Source: Armatimonadota bacterium
GTDB taxonomy: Bacteria > Armatimonadota > HRBIN16
Assembly: GCA_963677485.1 (NCBI GenBank)
Contig: OY781964.1
Span: 4,800,001-4,864,000 of the forward strand
Direction: 5' to 3'
Length of the DNA: 64,000 nucleotides
Shown here: in pieces, positions 19,328 through 30,359 of the stretch
Layout of the letters: each line of letters opens with the position of its first letter
Numbering within the stretch: the stretch's first letter is position 1
The notes under the pieces: model-generated
Told to the model about the DNA's origin: nothing
What the model saw: the letters and a program-made list of their open reading frames with translations, nothing else
The model's database searches: none
Translations under genes and position numbers: made by a program

Positions 19328-21232
19328 TTATTTCCGAAACAAACCCGAAAGCGTGCCAACAAACAACCATACATCAAGCACGGTGTTGAGCTGTTCTTCA
19401 CGCTCCTGTGCCATGTTCGCGACCGTCAGCCAGATTTCATGTGCCTTCTCTTTATCACCCGATGCTCTGGCGAATAATGCATCTGCCAGAGGGAGCGATA
19501 TCTCGGCATGATGCTTCAGGTAGTGCCAGGAGCTGTTCCAGCAACTGATATCGCCCGATAGATGCTCTTCGATGACCGGTTGGAAATCGAGTATCACCTG
19601 TCTGGCTATTTGGAACATCAAAGCCGATTCTGGACTCACGGCCGGTTTTTCACGCCGCAGATGGACGGGGTCGAACAGCTCTGACAGTCTGCTCAGATAG
19701 GCTTGGACCTGTTTACCATCAGCACCGTAAGCGCTCTTAAAGTAGTCATTGGCGATGGCATCAAAACTCAACAGGTTGTCCCATAGCGTCTGGCCGAGGG
19801 TCACCATCGGTAAACCGGTCGGGAAACAGGCACGTTGAGTCTGGCAGCTCACAAAGCCATTCAACCCTAATACTTGCAGCATTTTCACATCTTGGTTGAT
19901 CAACTCAGAGATGTTGTAGTATCCAGGGTCTTTGTAGTGATCCCACATCAAGTGGTAGTCGAAATCAAAGCTGTCACACGGGCAGTCTTGTTGCCAGGAC
20001 TGCAAGAAGGCGACATTTTCCTCCACACTCTTCGGCATCTCCAGCTCATTTCGAACGAAGGGTGCTAGCGGCAGTGGCTGAGTCTGTATGGCCAAGGGGC
20101 TGCTGTATGTGCGCGTAATCGGTGCAAACATCAGAATGAACCGGTCTGGATTGAGTATCGTATACTTTACTGGAGGCCACAGCAAGTCCACGTAAATCAA
20201 GAACACGATCTTGACCGGTATATTTCGTGAGCTCAACAGCTCATCAAGTTCATTCAGCATCTGCACGTAAAGGTCTGATGGGCGTGTATCACAGCATAAC
20301 GGGCATTCGCAATGGTTGTTACTGCCGTCAGCCAGCCAAAAATGCATGATGTCGATGTGGGGGTTCTTCACCGAATAGTCAGCGATGTCCTCCACGATGC
20401 GCCGCCGTACCTCAGGGTTACCGTAACAGAGGTTGGTGTTGAGCGGCACCCCTCCCCAAAGTTTTCGCTCGCCTTTGACCTCGGCCAGGAACTGCGTGGT
20501 AGCTTCATCAAGCTCAACATCACAGGAATCCCATGAAAGACCGCTGATGCCAAACGGCTCACAGGTCCATCCATGCCCCACGGCGTGGTAAAGCAGTCCC
20601 CTCTTGCCAATTTCGTCCACACAGTTTGCCAGATATCGCTGGGCATCGGCTACGCTGATGTGCTCCCCTTTGACCAAGGGGTTTCCCTCATGTGAATACC
20701 ATCTGTCGAAGAAGGTATAGGATTCGCGGAACTGAGTGAAGTAGCCGTTATATCCCAGTTTCGGCATCCAGTCGATGATGTTTCGCACATGATCAACGCT
20801 CACAGCACCCTCGATGCAAATCCCGCGGTGCCGATAGGACGGCGTTTCGGCTAGCGTGACACCACGTAAATGATCGACTTTCGGCACATATTCGCCATCA
20901 ACACCAGGCCTGACCCACCGGCACCCCTGTTCTGTCAGGTATCGGTAGACAGCAATCAACACACTGCGTGGATTGATGCCAGCAATAATGCCCTTACCTG
21001 AATGCACAGATATGGCGATCGCATCATCAAGAGCTGGGTCGGTCACATCAGGAACCGCCAGCTCCGGCATGTCGGCAATCAAACCCACTGAGATCGCTTC
21101 CTCGTTGACCGCATCTGTCTGAGTTACCGGAACATCATGTCCAAGCAGCAGTGACATATATTTCGTCAGCTCCGATGCTGCGAACTCAACGGTGCGGTCA
21201 TGGCCGATATATGAAATAGTGGTTGTCTTCAT
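19328..21232 (-). CDS. DUF4838-domain putative glycoside hydrolase with GH67/GH20-like N-terminal domain
   Basis: FAASEL..Y, RSVLIAVYRYL..GCRW..PG, LCYGNP, DG.NNHCEC..C. Confidence 0.7.
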   Translation of the reverse strand: MKTTTISYIGHDRTVEFAASELTKYMSLLLGHDVPVTQTDAVNEEAISVGLIADMPELAVPDVTDPALDDAIAISVHSGKGIIAGINPRSVLIAVYRYLTEQGCRWVRPGVDGEYVPKVDHLRGVTLAETPSYRHRGICIEGAVSVDHVRNIIDWMPKLGYNGYFTQFRESYTFFDRWYSHEGNPLVKGEHISVADAQRYLANCVDEIGKRGLLYHAVGHGWTCEPFGISGLSWDSCDVELDEATTQFLAEVKGERKLWGGVPLNTNLCYGNPEVRRRIVEDIADYSVKNPHIDIMHFWLADGSNNHCECPLCCDTRPSDLYVQMLNELDELLSSRNIPVKIVFLIYVDLLWPPVKYTILNPDRFILMFAPITRTYSSPLAIQTQPLPLAPFVRNELEMPKSVEENVAFLQSWQQDCPCDSFDFDYHLMWDHYKDPGYYNISELINQDVKMLQVLGLNGFVSCQTQRACFPTGLPMVTLGQTLWDNLLSFDAIANDYFKSAYGADGKQVQAYLSRLSELFDPVHLRREKPAVSPESALMFQIARQVILDFQPVIEEHLSGDISCWNSSWHYLKHHAEISLPLADALFARASGDKEKAHEIWLTVANMAQEREEQLNTVLDVWLFVGTLSGLFRK

Positions 21233-21242
21233 TTATGTCTCC

Positions 21243-22364
21243 CTATTCGAATAGCCAGTCTTCTGTGATCTTTGCCCATTGGATGCAGCTACCAGTGACC
21301 GGCTGCCCGTTTGAATACGAAATCCAGATATCCCCAGACTTGGCTTGAATGATAGACGGATAGTGGTAGCTGCCCTTCACTTCCTTGCCATCATCATTCT
21401 GAAGATACTTGATACCGGCCCAACTCTCACCTTCATCGCGTGACACCGTAATGGCCAGCCGATGCCTTGAATCCTCAAGGTCGTTGTAGATCATCGCCCA
21501 CAAGCCGCTTTGAAGCCTGATGGCCTCAATGCCCGCTCCGGGGTTGGGCAGATCGGTCAGTTCCGGCTTACTCCAGCTTTCGCCTCTGTCGTTGGATATG
21601 GTTTGCAGTATGCGTTTGGGTGCCGGTCCGTTGTTGCGCATGAACGCAACCAGTGAGCCGTCTTTACGCTCCACCACGCTGGGCTGGATGCCTCCGCAAC
21701 TGATGATAGAATGACTGGTATGCCATGTTTCACCATCATCATCACTGAGAAGCATCAACGAGAAATCAAAACCATCCGAGTAGAGCGGTAATACGATGCG
21801 TTTGTCACTCAAAACCGTGGCGTGTGCCCGCGGCATCCATCCCAGCCTGCGGTACAGCTTACTGCTGCCAAGCTCCTTGATATCTTCGATCTGTTTGATC
21901 AACTTGGCTTCAGGAGCTTGGGGGTGCAATGACGAGAGATATTCATAGTCGACATTTTCGAGATCATCCATGAATGACTGGCCAGGGGTGACATGCAGCA
22001 CCTCGGAATAGTCCCATTGTGGGCAGTCCGCATCGAATGGCTGCGATATCCGACGGCTCTTCAACAAAGCGGTGTGCCATTCATTCGCCAGGATGGTCAC
22101 ATGCACCAGCCACAGCCGGTCTTGGGAATCCACAAACATACAGGGATTACAGTCAGGGTAGTCCAGCGCATCTGCTAGCAGTACCCTGTCGCTCCAGGTT
22201 GAGGTGGCTTGATGATATCTCGCCCCTTGAACGAGCACATCATCAGCTTGACGTTCGCCTGACCCATGGAACCAGCAAACCTGCATGTCTCCATTGCTCA
22301 ACTCAACGATGCATGATGCGTGGTTATGCCAGTTCTCGCGGGGAAAAATGAGACCTGTATCCAT
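21243..22364 (-). CDS. Exo-alpha-sialidase-like BNR (Asp-box) protein
   Basis: HASCIVEL, three Asp boxes (SDDDGETW, SNDRGESW, SRDEGESW), YHYPS. Confidence 0.85.
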   Translation of the reverse strand: MDTGLIFPRENWHNHASCIVELSNGDMQVCWFHGSGERQADDVLVQGARYHQATSTWSDRVLLADALDYPDCNPCMFVDSQDRLWLVHVTILANEWHTALLKSRRISQPFDADCPQWDYSEVLHVTPGQSFMDDLENVDYEYLSSLHPQAPEAKLIKQIEDIKELGSSKLYRRLGWMPRAHATVLSDKRIVLPLYSDGFDFSLMLLSDDDGETWHTSHSIISCGGIQPSVVERKDGSLVAFMRNNGPAPKRILQTISNDRGESWSKPELTDLPNPGAGIEAIRLQSGLWAMIYNDLEDSRHRLAITVSRDEGESWAGIKYLQNDDGKEVKGSYHYPSIIQAKSGDIWISYSNGQPVTGSCIQWAKITEDWLFE

Positions 22365-22440
22365 TATGTGTCGCTCCCTGTGTGCGTTGATGAAGGTATG
22401 AAATTCTGGTGACCTATCGGTGTATGGTTCCCCATACCAC

Positions 22441-23502
22441 TTATTGATTCCTTCTGTGATTTGATCGATGGCCCAGTTTAGGTACCCGTGGATAGACTGT
22501 GGTGTTATTATTCACGCGTCTCAACAAGTAGTAAGATATGATGCTTATGATAATCATCCCAACGATCATCAAGGGATACGAGATACGCCAGTTATCAGTG
22601 CCTGTCATCATTGAGTATTCAGACATACCGCCTATGCCTGACAAAAGCGTCAGAGGCATGAATATGGTGGTGATCATCGTCAATCTTTTCATTGTCGCGT
22701 TGGTATCATTCGATGCTTTCGCCATCACATTGCTGAGCATTGAGGTATGCAGTTCCATGAGGCTAGTGACGATATCGCGGTAAGCCTCGATTAGTTCGAA
22801 GAATTTAGACAGGTGGTCGTATATGTCGCGGTAATGGAAGATGGCTTCATCCGATATGTAGCTGCAATCCTTCCGACATATCTTTACCAAAATCTCACGC
22901 TCGTTGAACAGGCTCTTCCTCACGAGCAGCAGCTCTCTCCGCAAGGTCAGCATGTCCGAAACATTGAAGTCGGCAGGACGGGCCAGCATTCTCTCTTCAG
23001 CCAACTCCAGCTCATCCTCTAGCGCCTCCACGGCGATGAACTTGTGGTCTACGATATAGTCCAGAACCACATGCATCAGAAAAGCCGGGCCTTGAGAAGC
23101 CTTGGTGATATTGGATTCCACAATGCTCATCATGTCGTTGAGCGGATGGCGTTCTTTGGAGTCGTATTCACTCACTGTGATCAGGAATTTGTCGCCAATG
23201 AATATGTCAATCTCATCAACAGTAAGCTGACCTTCCTCGTATCCAAACGAGTTAAATATCAGGAAGGTGTTCCCTGGGAAATCCTCAATCTTCGGCACTT
23301 GGTTGGTGTCGATACAGTCCTCGATGGACAAAGGATGCAGCTTGAATTGAAGAGCAGCCTCACTCATCGCATCCTTGTCTGGTTTTCGGTAGTCAATCCA
23401 GATAAATCCTTCCACGGTTGCTGCGGCTACCGCGGAAGACAGGTCAGACATCCGGCTGAGAGTACCGACCGGTGATATATAGTAATAGCTAGTTTCTGCC
23501 AT
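22441..23502 (-). CDS. corA: CorA-family Mg/Co transporter
   Basis: LHPLSIEDC, PKIE, RDIYDH, MKRLT, PLTLLSGIGGMS (variant of the GMN motif), two C-terminal TM helices. Confidence 0.88.
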   Translation of the reverse strand: MAETSYYYISPVGTLSRMSDLSSAVAAATVEGFIWIDYRKPDKDAMSEAALQFKLHPLSIEDCIDTNQVPKIEDFPGNTFLIFNSFGYEEGQLTVDEIDIFIGDKFLITVSEYDSKERHPLNDMMSIVESNITKASQGPAFLMHVVLDYIVDHKFIAVEALEDELELAEERMLARPADFNVSDMLTLRRELLLVRKSLFNEREILVKICRKDCSYISDEAIFHYRDIYDHLSKFFELIEAYRDIVTSLMELHTSMLSNVMAKASNDTNATMKRLTMITTIFMPLTLLSGIGGMSEYSMMTGTDNWRISYPLMIVGMIIISIISYYLLRRVNNNTTVYPRVPKLGHRSNHRRNQ

Positions 23503-23539
23503 TTATGCTCCTGCAGGTGGAAATACGTGATTGTGACGG

Positions 23540-26500
23540 CTATTCAACTTCTATAGCCTGTAGAATGGCGTCGTTGGCTCCCACCGCCTTCAGACTGATC
23601 GTGATCAGGCCAGCACTATCTGGTGTAATGTCTTCAACCCTGATATCTGCGGCCATATGGATCTGACCTGCCGCCTGAGCGGGGTCCCAATTCGATCTTA
23701 CCAGCTTGCCATTGATCTCGATATCCATCGGACGCTGACCGAGCTCACTCAACCACATCTCTGCGAATTTCAGATGCACCGTGTAGATACCCGGCGTGGC
23801 TTTGAGCTGATACTTCAGCGACTTCCCACTCCGAGCCGTTTGGTAAAGCGTCTGATCGTAGAGTGTTGGGGCCGCATGAGATAGAGCTGCTTCAGATTTC
23901 AACAGCACACCTTCGGTTGAGCCGTCAGCATCCCATACGAACCCGTCCCAGTCCACAAATTGCTTACCAGACCCCGCGTCGATCCGTATCGTCTGACGAA
24001 TCTCGGGAAGTATCTCAATGGCGTGCAGTAAGGCCTCGTTGCTTTTTTGCGAGGGTTCAACTCCGCCGCTCAGCTCTATGACGATCTTTCCATCTGCATT
24101 TGGCATGATGTTTCGGAAGACCCGCTCACATGCCGATTTCGATCCCCGCACCGCCTGGTTGACATCAAAGTTACGCAGCAGTTGGCGTCCATTGATCGAC
24201 AGGTTCATTGGCCGCTCGAAGCTCCACTGATACTGTGTCTCGGCCAGTTTCAGCCGAACCGAATACATCCCAGGAGTAACTGGTATTTCATAGCTGAACT
24301 GCTTTCCCTTGCGTCCGCTTTGGTAAAGCCTTTGGTCCTTAAGCGATGGCAGGGTGTTGCTGATCACCGATTTTGAGAGCACAGGCTCTCCTCCGTTGAA
24401 ACAGCTATCAGCCGACCAGACGTTACCTGTGGTGTCTTTATACTGAGACTTCGCACCACATAGAATTCGTATGCTAGAAGCCGCGTGTTTCTTTTGCGGC
24501 AGTGAATAGATGATCCTTGGCATCCATGCGATGATGTCATTCTCCCACGAGCTGCCGCGATCCAAGACAAACTTGATTTGGTCACCCTTTTGAACATCCA
24601 CAGTAATGTCGTGGGTGGCCCCAACCAGGTCGTTGAGGGGAACATCAGCCCAGCCTTGTGATGGCCAAATCTGGAGGGCATTCTGCTGGATTTTAACCTG
24701 TAAAGCACTACCCATCGACTGGTGATAACACTCCTTCATGGCTCTGCCGAGAATGCGTACCGTGCCCGACTTCTGGGAAGTCCAGACACGCACGCATTGC
24801 ACCTCGGCGGATGCCTGCTGCCAACCGCGCCCGATCCGGGCAGAGCCGGCTCCTTCCCAGTAGCCTTCCACACCGCCGATCTGGTTGGGTGTGCCGCCGA
24901 AGTCACCAGCGGGGTTCTTGATGGGTGGGATGAAGTTCATCGGCGTGTCGTCTTTACCGTCAACACCGCATACGGCACTCCAACCGTTCTGTCCCGCTTT
25001 GGCGAAATGCCCTCCTAAGGCAGCGTAAGCATCTTCACCCGGTAACTTCATGTCTAAGCTCTTCCAGGCACTCACATTGCCGTCACCATCAACCGTCCGG
25101 ACGGCATAATCGCAATCCAGACTGTTGCCTAAGGAACGATCGAAATAATACGGCGCCACACAGGATTTTCCGATGGCCACTCCATCACGGCTCACTTCGT
25201 AGTAGCTGATCCACTTGTCAGCTGGTACGGTCGACCAGTATAGGCCCACCCCTCTGTGCCCAAGATTGGTTTCGCTGCGTGCCACTAACTGGCCCGGCAT
25301 TGCCGGTGCGGTGGTGTCTGAGCCGGTGCCTGGCATATATGGTAAACCCAGGTATATCAGCCTGCTGGGGTAACTGGAGCTCAAAGAAATGCCTTTGGTC
25401 ATCAGGTCAGCACCGGAGCGCAGTGTCGTCCCCTTCTCCATGTCTGAACCGGCGATGTACTGATGAGCAGCCAACAGCCCCTGAGGATAGATGACGCTGC
25501 CATCAACGGGCTTATGCTTGATGATAATGCAGGCCTTTGTCCGATCTTGACTGGTCCGTTGGTCGAAAAGATGTGGCGCATCCCCCTTCACCACCGGGTG
25601 AAGCATATATGACCATCGGCCAACGACACCTTCTTCTCGCAGGTACCGATACTTCTCAAACAGTCGCCGAACACTCTCCCTATCCTGAAGTGAGACGCCG
25701 CCATACCACACCGGCACCATCGTGAGCTGCCTGGGTGCTACGTCGGGATTGTATTTGCTGCTCTGCTCAAGGGTGTCTATGATATCAAGCCACTTATCAG
25801 GCAGTTCTAGCAGTGAGAAAAAGTGATTTGTCTTGTCATCTCTGCCCATGTCGGAGAAGTAGTTTACATCGGCGTAGCGCTGGATTTCGAACTGGTGCGC
25901 AAACCGGCTGCCGCCATCGCATGTGTGGAATGAGGCCCGCGGGTTCGCCGTCAGGAAGTGTTCTATCTGAGCACGCATCATCGAATCATCTTGCGGATTG
26001 AACTTGCCGAACCCATCGGTTCGCCACTGGAAGTTACCCCAGGAGCCTATCTTCGTGTCCATCAAGCCTTGGGATGGACGCCCCGCCATCCACAACAGCC
26101 ATTTCATGTCCATCTTGCCCAGGTATCGTAGAGTCTCGGCATAATCGGGCCCCTCATGCGATGGTGAGAACACGACCCCGTAGTTGTCAGGCACTGGCCA
26201 TCCAGGATATTTACTCCAACCGGCATCATCCCAGAGCATTTCAATGCCGACTTCACGCAGGATATCCGAATCCATGTCCAGATTTGCCAGACGCGCGGCA
26301 AACTGCTCCTGCAGGTTTCGTGAGCAAAAGAACCAGGGGGTGGCGTAGGCCGTCCTGCCATAGAACTCGCTGTTGGTGAAGTCCCACAGGTATTCGTATT
26401 GCCAGTCGTACACCTGCTGCCCCATATCGTCTAGATCCGTTTTGAAGACCCCGATGGTGGCCAACGGCAGCTTCACACTCTCACCCGCTGCCAGTTTTCG

Positions 26501-27829
26501 ATCGGTCCACTCTGGCAGTGAGGATGTTAGCACAGATTGTTGCGGATTATGATCGAACCCTATCGTCCAGGTGCCCAGGGTATCGAGGGTGACAAAATAC
26601 CCATCATCTCGTGAGCCGGAGTGTTGAAGGGCCATCCATGGGATGTAGTTATCTGTCTTTTCACCCAGCAGTGTGCGGTGGTAGTCAGATGTCACCGCGG
26701 CACTCTCAAGCTGCCCCTGGTTGGGCCTGCTTGTGCCGCCACACATCCAGTAGTTAGTCAACTTAGATTCGGATTGGCCGCCCATACCCAGCACCACTGG
26801 TGACACTGAGGGCAGCTTGACCAAATAAGATGAGGTGTTTTGAATCTCGACCCACTGCCTTAGTATCGCCGTACCCGGGTAGGCCTGCACATGCAAAATA
26901 GCAGTCAGCGAGTCACCACTGGCGGTGATGTTCAGTTGGACTGCCGGCCGTCCGCCGACCGCCACTTTCTCAGCCGTGGCAGAGATAACTCTCCATCCAT
27001 TTACAGTATGAAGCGACTGGTTTTGTTTCTCAGATATTCGCAACACGCTTACTTTCGATGAAGGCGATCCTGCTCTTTGTATCGCCTTACCGCGGATGGT
27101 CACTGTGCCATCTTTGGGGGCTTTCCAAACCCGAATCAAGTCCAGCGAGTTCAGGATGTGGTAGCCTGTGGGAGTGATTTGGGAACACTCAAATGGTGCC
27201 CGGTAGCCGGTGGCGACACGTGCCGGTTCATTACCAGGCTCGGTTGGAGCCAGGAACTCCCCCATGAGATCCATGCTGCCGGTGTTCGCCGCTCGGGTGT
27301 AATAATACCAAACCGGCCCCTGGTTCAACGCTTTATCGTCAGATGCCGTGTACGATTCATTCTCGGAGTATGAGAGGGTCACATCCCATGTCACGACGGC
27401 CCCGTTCACGTCATCCCGAATCCCTTCGGAAAAGCCGACCAGATCACCCTTTTTGACCGTGAGTTTCAAGCCAGAATCCGCCGGATCGGCGTCTGTGCCC
27501 ACTGTCAGCTTTTTCGCCCATACCTCGTGAATATCAAACGATCCAGTATCTGGAAGGCTCTCGACACCAAACGGAGAGTGTGCTGTGGCGTTCGTGACAT
27601 ATTCGCGGTTCGGTGTGGTCAACTTATTGCGAAAACTGGACAGAACAAACTGACCGTCTTTAGATTCGTAGCTCATCTGAACCGCTTTAGTTCCGATGCT
27701 GCAGTGGCTGCCGTCGGCCGTGCACCTGGCAAAAGCGTCCGCTTGTTTAACCTCTGCGGCACCTGCTGACGTCGCGAGTATAGAAATATAGGCGATAATT
27801 GCAACGAAAGGGATGATGCACGGGCTCAT
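23540..27829 (-). CDS. Large secreted GH36-like glycoside hydrolase with FN3-like, beta-sandwich and two malectin domains
   Basis: Signal peptide; WDDAGW, WRTD and CDGG GH36-like motifs; two malectin repeats (LYQSGR...Y.V.LK.AE...R.M...ING). Confidence 0.7.
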   Translation of the reverse strand: MSPCIIPFVAIIAYISILATSAGAAEVKQADAFARCTADGSHCSIGTKAVQMSYESKDGQFVLSSFRNKLTTPNREYVTNATAHSPFGVESLPDTGSFDIHEVWAKKLTVGTDADPADSGLKLTVKKGDLVGFSEGIRDDVNGAVVTWDVTLSYSENESYTASDDKALNQGPVWYYYTRAANTGSMDLMGEFLAPTEPGNEPARVATGYRAPFECSQITPTGYHILNSLDLIRVWKAPKDGTVTIRGKAIQRAGSPSSKVSVLRISEKQNQSLHTVNGWRVISATAEKVAVGGRPAVQLNITASGDSLTAILHVQAYPGTAILRQWVEIQNTSSYLVKLPSVSPVVLGMGGQSESKLTNYWMCGGTSRPNQGQLESAAVTSDYHRTLLGEKTDNYIPWMALQHSGSRDDGYFVTLDTLGTWTIGFDHNPQQSVLTSSLPEWTDRKLAAGESVKLPLATIGVFKTDLDDMGQQVYDWQYEYLWDFTNSEFYGRTAYATPWFFCSRNLQEQFAARLANLDMDSDILREVGIEMLWDDAGWSKYPGWPVPDNYGVVFSPSHEGPDYAETLRYLGKMDMKWLLWMAGRPSQGLMDTKIGSWGNFQWRTDGFGKFNPQDDSMMRAQIEHFLTANPRASFHTCDGGSRFAHQFEIQRYADVNYFSDMGRDDKTNHFFSLLELPDKWLDIIDTLEQSSKYNPDVAPRQLTMVPVWYGGVSLQDRESVRRLFEKYRYLREEGVVGRWSYMLHPVVKGDAPHLFDQRTSQDRTKACIIIKHKPVDGSVIYPQGLLAAHQYIAGSDMEKGTTLRSGADLMTKGISLSSSYPSRLIYLGLPYMPGTGSDTTAPAMPGQLVARSETNLGHRGVGLYWSTVPADKWISYYEVSRDGVAIGKSCVAPYYFDRSLGNSLDCDYAVRTVDGDGNVSAWKSLDMKLPGEDAYAALGGHFAKAGQNGWSAVCGVDGKDDTPMNFIPPIKNPAGDFGGTPNQIGGVEGYWEGAGSARIGRGWQQASAEVQCVRVWTSQKSGTVRILGRAMKECYHQSMGSALQVKIQQNALQIWPSQGWADVPLNDLVGATHDITVDVQKGDQIKFVLDRGSSWENDIIAWMPRIIYSLPQKKHAASSIRILCGAKSQYKDTTGNVWSADSCFNGGEPVLSKSVISNTLPSLKDQRLYQSGRKGKQFSYEIPVTPGMYSVRLKLAETQYQWSFERPMNLSINGRQLLRNFDVNQAVRGSKSACERVFRNIMPNADGKIVIELSGGVEPSQKSNEALLHAIEILPEIRQTIRIDAGSGKQFVDWDGFVWDADGSTEGVLLKSEAALSHAAPTLYDQTLYQTARSGKSLKYQLKATPGIYTVHLKFAEMWLSELGQRPMDIEINGKLVRSNWDPAQAAGQIHMAADIRVEDITPDSAGLITISLKAVGANDAILQAIEVE

Positions 27830-28043
27830 GACTCACCTGTCCTTAGGAATTCCTGGTCAATATTAGATGATCACCGAGATAAGGTGACATTGCTAGAATA
27901 CGGCAGTCATGTCGTCATATCCTTGTTTTAGTGATGTGTTCATACCGAGTCACCCGATTATATATACCGAGATATGAACGAAAGTGATCGTATCGTTGTG
28001 TACACTAGAAAGTGGAAGCCATGGTCGACCGGAAGGATAAGGA

Positions 28044-29120
28044 ATGAAGCGAGTTACCATCAATGATATCGCCAGGCAGCTAAATGTATCGGCGTGTACT
28101 GTCAGCAAAATACTGAACGGCAAGGGTAACTTCAGTGAACCGATGAAGAAGCTTGTTGTTGAGACCGCATCGGAGATGGGCTACACCCCAAACCGCCTTG
28201 CCGAGGCACTGGTGCGCAGAGATTTACATATGCTGGTTGTCACAACGAATGCTTGGCCTGAATACATTGGATTACTGGAAAAAGGGGTATCCAACGAAGT
28301 CAAACTGCTGCATGACTTTCATCTATATGCTTCATACCTCAAACTTGACGTCACCCAAGAAACCAAACATCTGGTAGATACCATAAAGCACGAGCTCAGC
28401 AGTCAACCCGATGCGATCGTACTCTGTGGATCGGGTGTTTTCTTTTCGCAACCACCCATGCTTTATCTTCTGAACGATGTGAAATGTCCTATCGTATTGA
28501 TTGGTCTAGATGCCCCACTCATCAACTCCTCCGCCCTGGTATTACACGATTCGGTTCTGTCGGGCGTCATGGCCGCAGAGTTGTTGTCATCGATGAACGT
28601 ACCCGGCGATTTTGCAGTGATAATTTGCAATCGCGGCGTCCCTGATTCGCTAAGCAAACTACAGGGCTTTACCGATGAGGCCGAAAGACGTGGTTACCGC
28701 ATGGCACACGTGATGGAAGCCAATGACAGCCCCGAAACCGCGCAGCAGATGATGAGGGACTGCCTTGACCGTTACCCGAATGTACGTGGTCTTTACTTTG
28801 CTACCGACAATTCGACATCGGCATGTCAGATAATCGCCGCACGAGAACATGCTCAACAAATCAGCATCGTCGCCACAGGGGCCTTTCCCGAGCTAATCAC
28901 CTACATGGAGCGTGGTGTTATCAATGCATCGATCTACCAAAACATGCATCAGCAAGGTCAGTTGGGTGTCCGCCTGGTCTATCGGCTGTTGACTGACCGC
29001 GTCGCACCAGACCGTCAAGTGCTGATACCCCCGTCCATCGTGCTGAACGCCAACTGGCGCTCGGTATGTCTGCAGGATGAGTTTGGTCCGTTGATGGACG
29101 CGCAAGGTCTGACACCTTAG
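28044..29120 (+). CDS. LacI-family transcriptional regulator
   Basis: VTINDIARQLNVSACTVSKILNG HTH, GYTPN, periplasmic-binding-protein fold. Confidence 0.92.
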   Translation: MKRVTINDIARQLNVSACTVSKILNGKGNFSEPMKKLVVETASEMGYTPNRLAEALVRRDLHMLVVTTNAWPEYIGLLEKGVSNEVKLLHDFHLYASYLKLDVTQETKHLVDTIKHELSSQPDAIVLCGSGVFFSQPPMLYLLNDVKCPIVLIGLDAPLINSSALVLHDSVLSGVMAAELLSSMNVPGDFAVIICNRGVPDSLSKLQGFTDEAERRGYRMAHVMEANDSPETAQQMMRDCLDRYPNVRGLYFATDNSTSACQIIAAREHAQQISIVATGAFPELITYMERGVINASIYQNMHQQGQLGVRLVYRLLTDRVAPDRQVLIPPSIVLNANWRSVCLQDEFGPLMDAQGLTP

Positions 29121-29233
29121 CGGCCCATTCAGATACCCCCAAGACCACATATGCACATATGCTTCGACATACCCACATATATATGGTGTAATACCCAAGG
29201 GTTACCCTCATCTCATATCGAAAAGGTATATTC

Positions 29234-30283
29234 GTGTCTATACAAACAATCGTTGGCTGCATACTTGTTCTGATCGCCGGGCTCATTATGGGTGGTGGGG
29301 TTTGGCCGTATAAATTGATGAAGCGATATAGTTATGAGCACTGGATGTTCGTCGCCATGAGTGCTGGTCTTGTGATCATCCCATGGACCATCATATACCT
29401 CAACTGCCCTGATGTACTGAGCATCTACCGAAAACTATGGGCCAATAACCCAAGCGAGTTGATCCGCTCGAATCTATTAGCGATCGGCTGGGGCGTGGCG
29501 AACGTAACCGCTGCACTCTGTTACGCTCACATTGGTGTGGCTTTGACAGGGGCCATCCTGACCGGTGTAGGGGTCACCTTTGGCGTGCTCACCCCCTTGC
29601 TGTTGAAAAGCTCAGGCATGGGCGACTTTGGGAATGCACCAGACCTGTTGTCGGCCACAGGGATTTGGATACTGGCTGGCGTGGCTGTGATGCTCAGCGG
29701 TGTTGTCTTTGCAGCCGTTGCCGGGTTGGGCAGAGACAGGGTACTGAAAAAACTGAGCAGACCAGATGCAGGTCACTTCGTCAAGGGGCTCGTGATGGCC
29801 GTCGCCGCTGGAGCACTCTCAGCAGGACTTCCGCTGGCTTTCGTGTATAGTAATGGCCCCGTGGTCAAAGCGATGCAGGCCGCAGGTGCATCCAATTTCG
29901 TATCAAGCCTCGCGGTTTGGCCCATCGGCGCACTTGGGGGTGTTCTGGTGAACATCATCTACCCCGCCTGCCTGCTCACCAAGAACCGTTCCTGGGGCAC
30001 GCTTTACTCAGGATGGAGGGAGTTCATTCTGGCCGCGTTGATTGGTGCGAACATGATTATTTCGATGTCACTGCAAGGCTACGGTATGCGAATGATAGGC
30101 ATACTGGGGGCATCTGTGGGGATTGGAATTCAACAGGCGTCGCAGATCATGGGCGGCCAGGCGTTAGGGTTCATTAGCGGTGAATGGCGAGGAATCCACG
30201 GGAAGCCTCGCATGCTGATGTATCTGGCCATTGCGCTGTTGATCGTCGCCGCCATTGTGATGACCTACGGGAATCATACATAG
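29234..30283 (+). CDS. RhaT-like L-rhamnose/proton symporter family transporter
   Basis: About 10 TM helices, WGVAN, G..GASVG, GEWRG. Confidence 0.75.
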   Translation: MSIQTIVGCILVLIAGLIMGGGVWPYKLMKRYSYEHWMFVAMSAGLVIIPWTIIYLNCPDVLSIYRKLWANNPSELIRSNLLAIGWGVANVTAALCYAHIGVALTGAILTGVGVTFGVLTPLLLKSSGMGDFGNAPDLLSATGIWILAGVAVMLSGVVFAAVAGLGRDRVLKKLSRPDAGHFVKGLVMAVAAGALSAGLPLAFVYSNGPVVKAMQAAGASNFVSSLAVWPIGALGGVLVNIIYPACLLTKNRSWGTLYSGWREFILAALIGANMIISMSLQGYGMRMIGILGASVGIGIQQASQIMGGQALGFISGEWRGIHGKPRMLMYLAIALLIVAAIVMTYGNHT

Positions 30284-30359
30284 CAGGATCGACTACTTAT
30301 GTTTACACAAATCGCACTTTAGGTGTAATGTATACCGTTGCGCAGCCTCATACCAACCA

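Noticed and set aside
27865-27980. Repeated accgag boxes in the divergent hydrolase/LacI promoter region as an operator
   Set aside because: Short, irregularly spaced and unlike a LacI-type palindrome; could be chance
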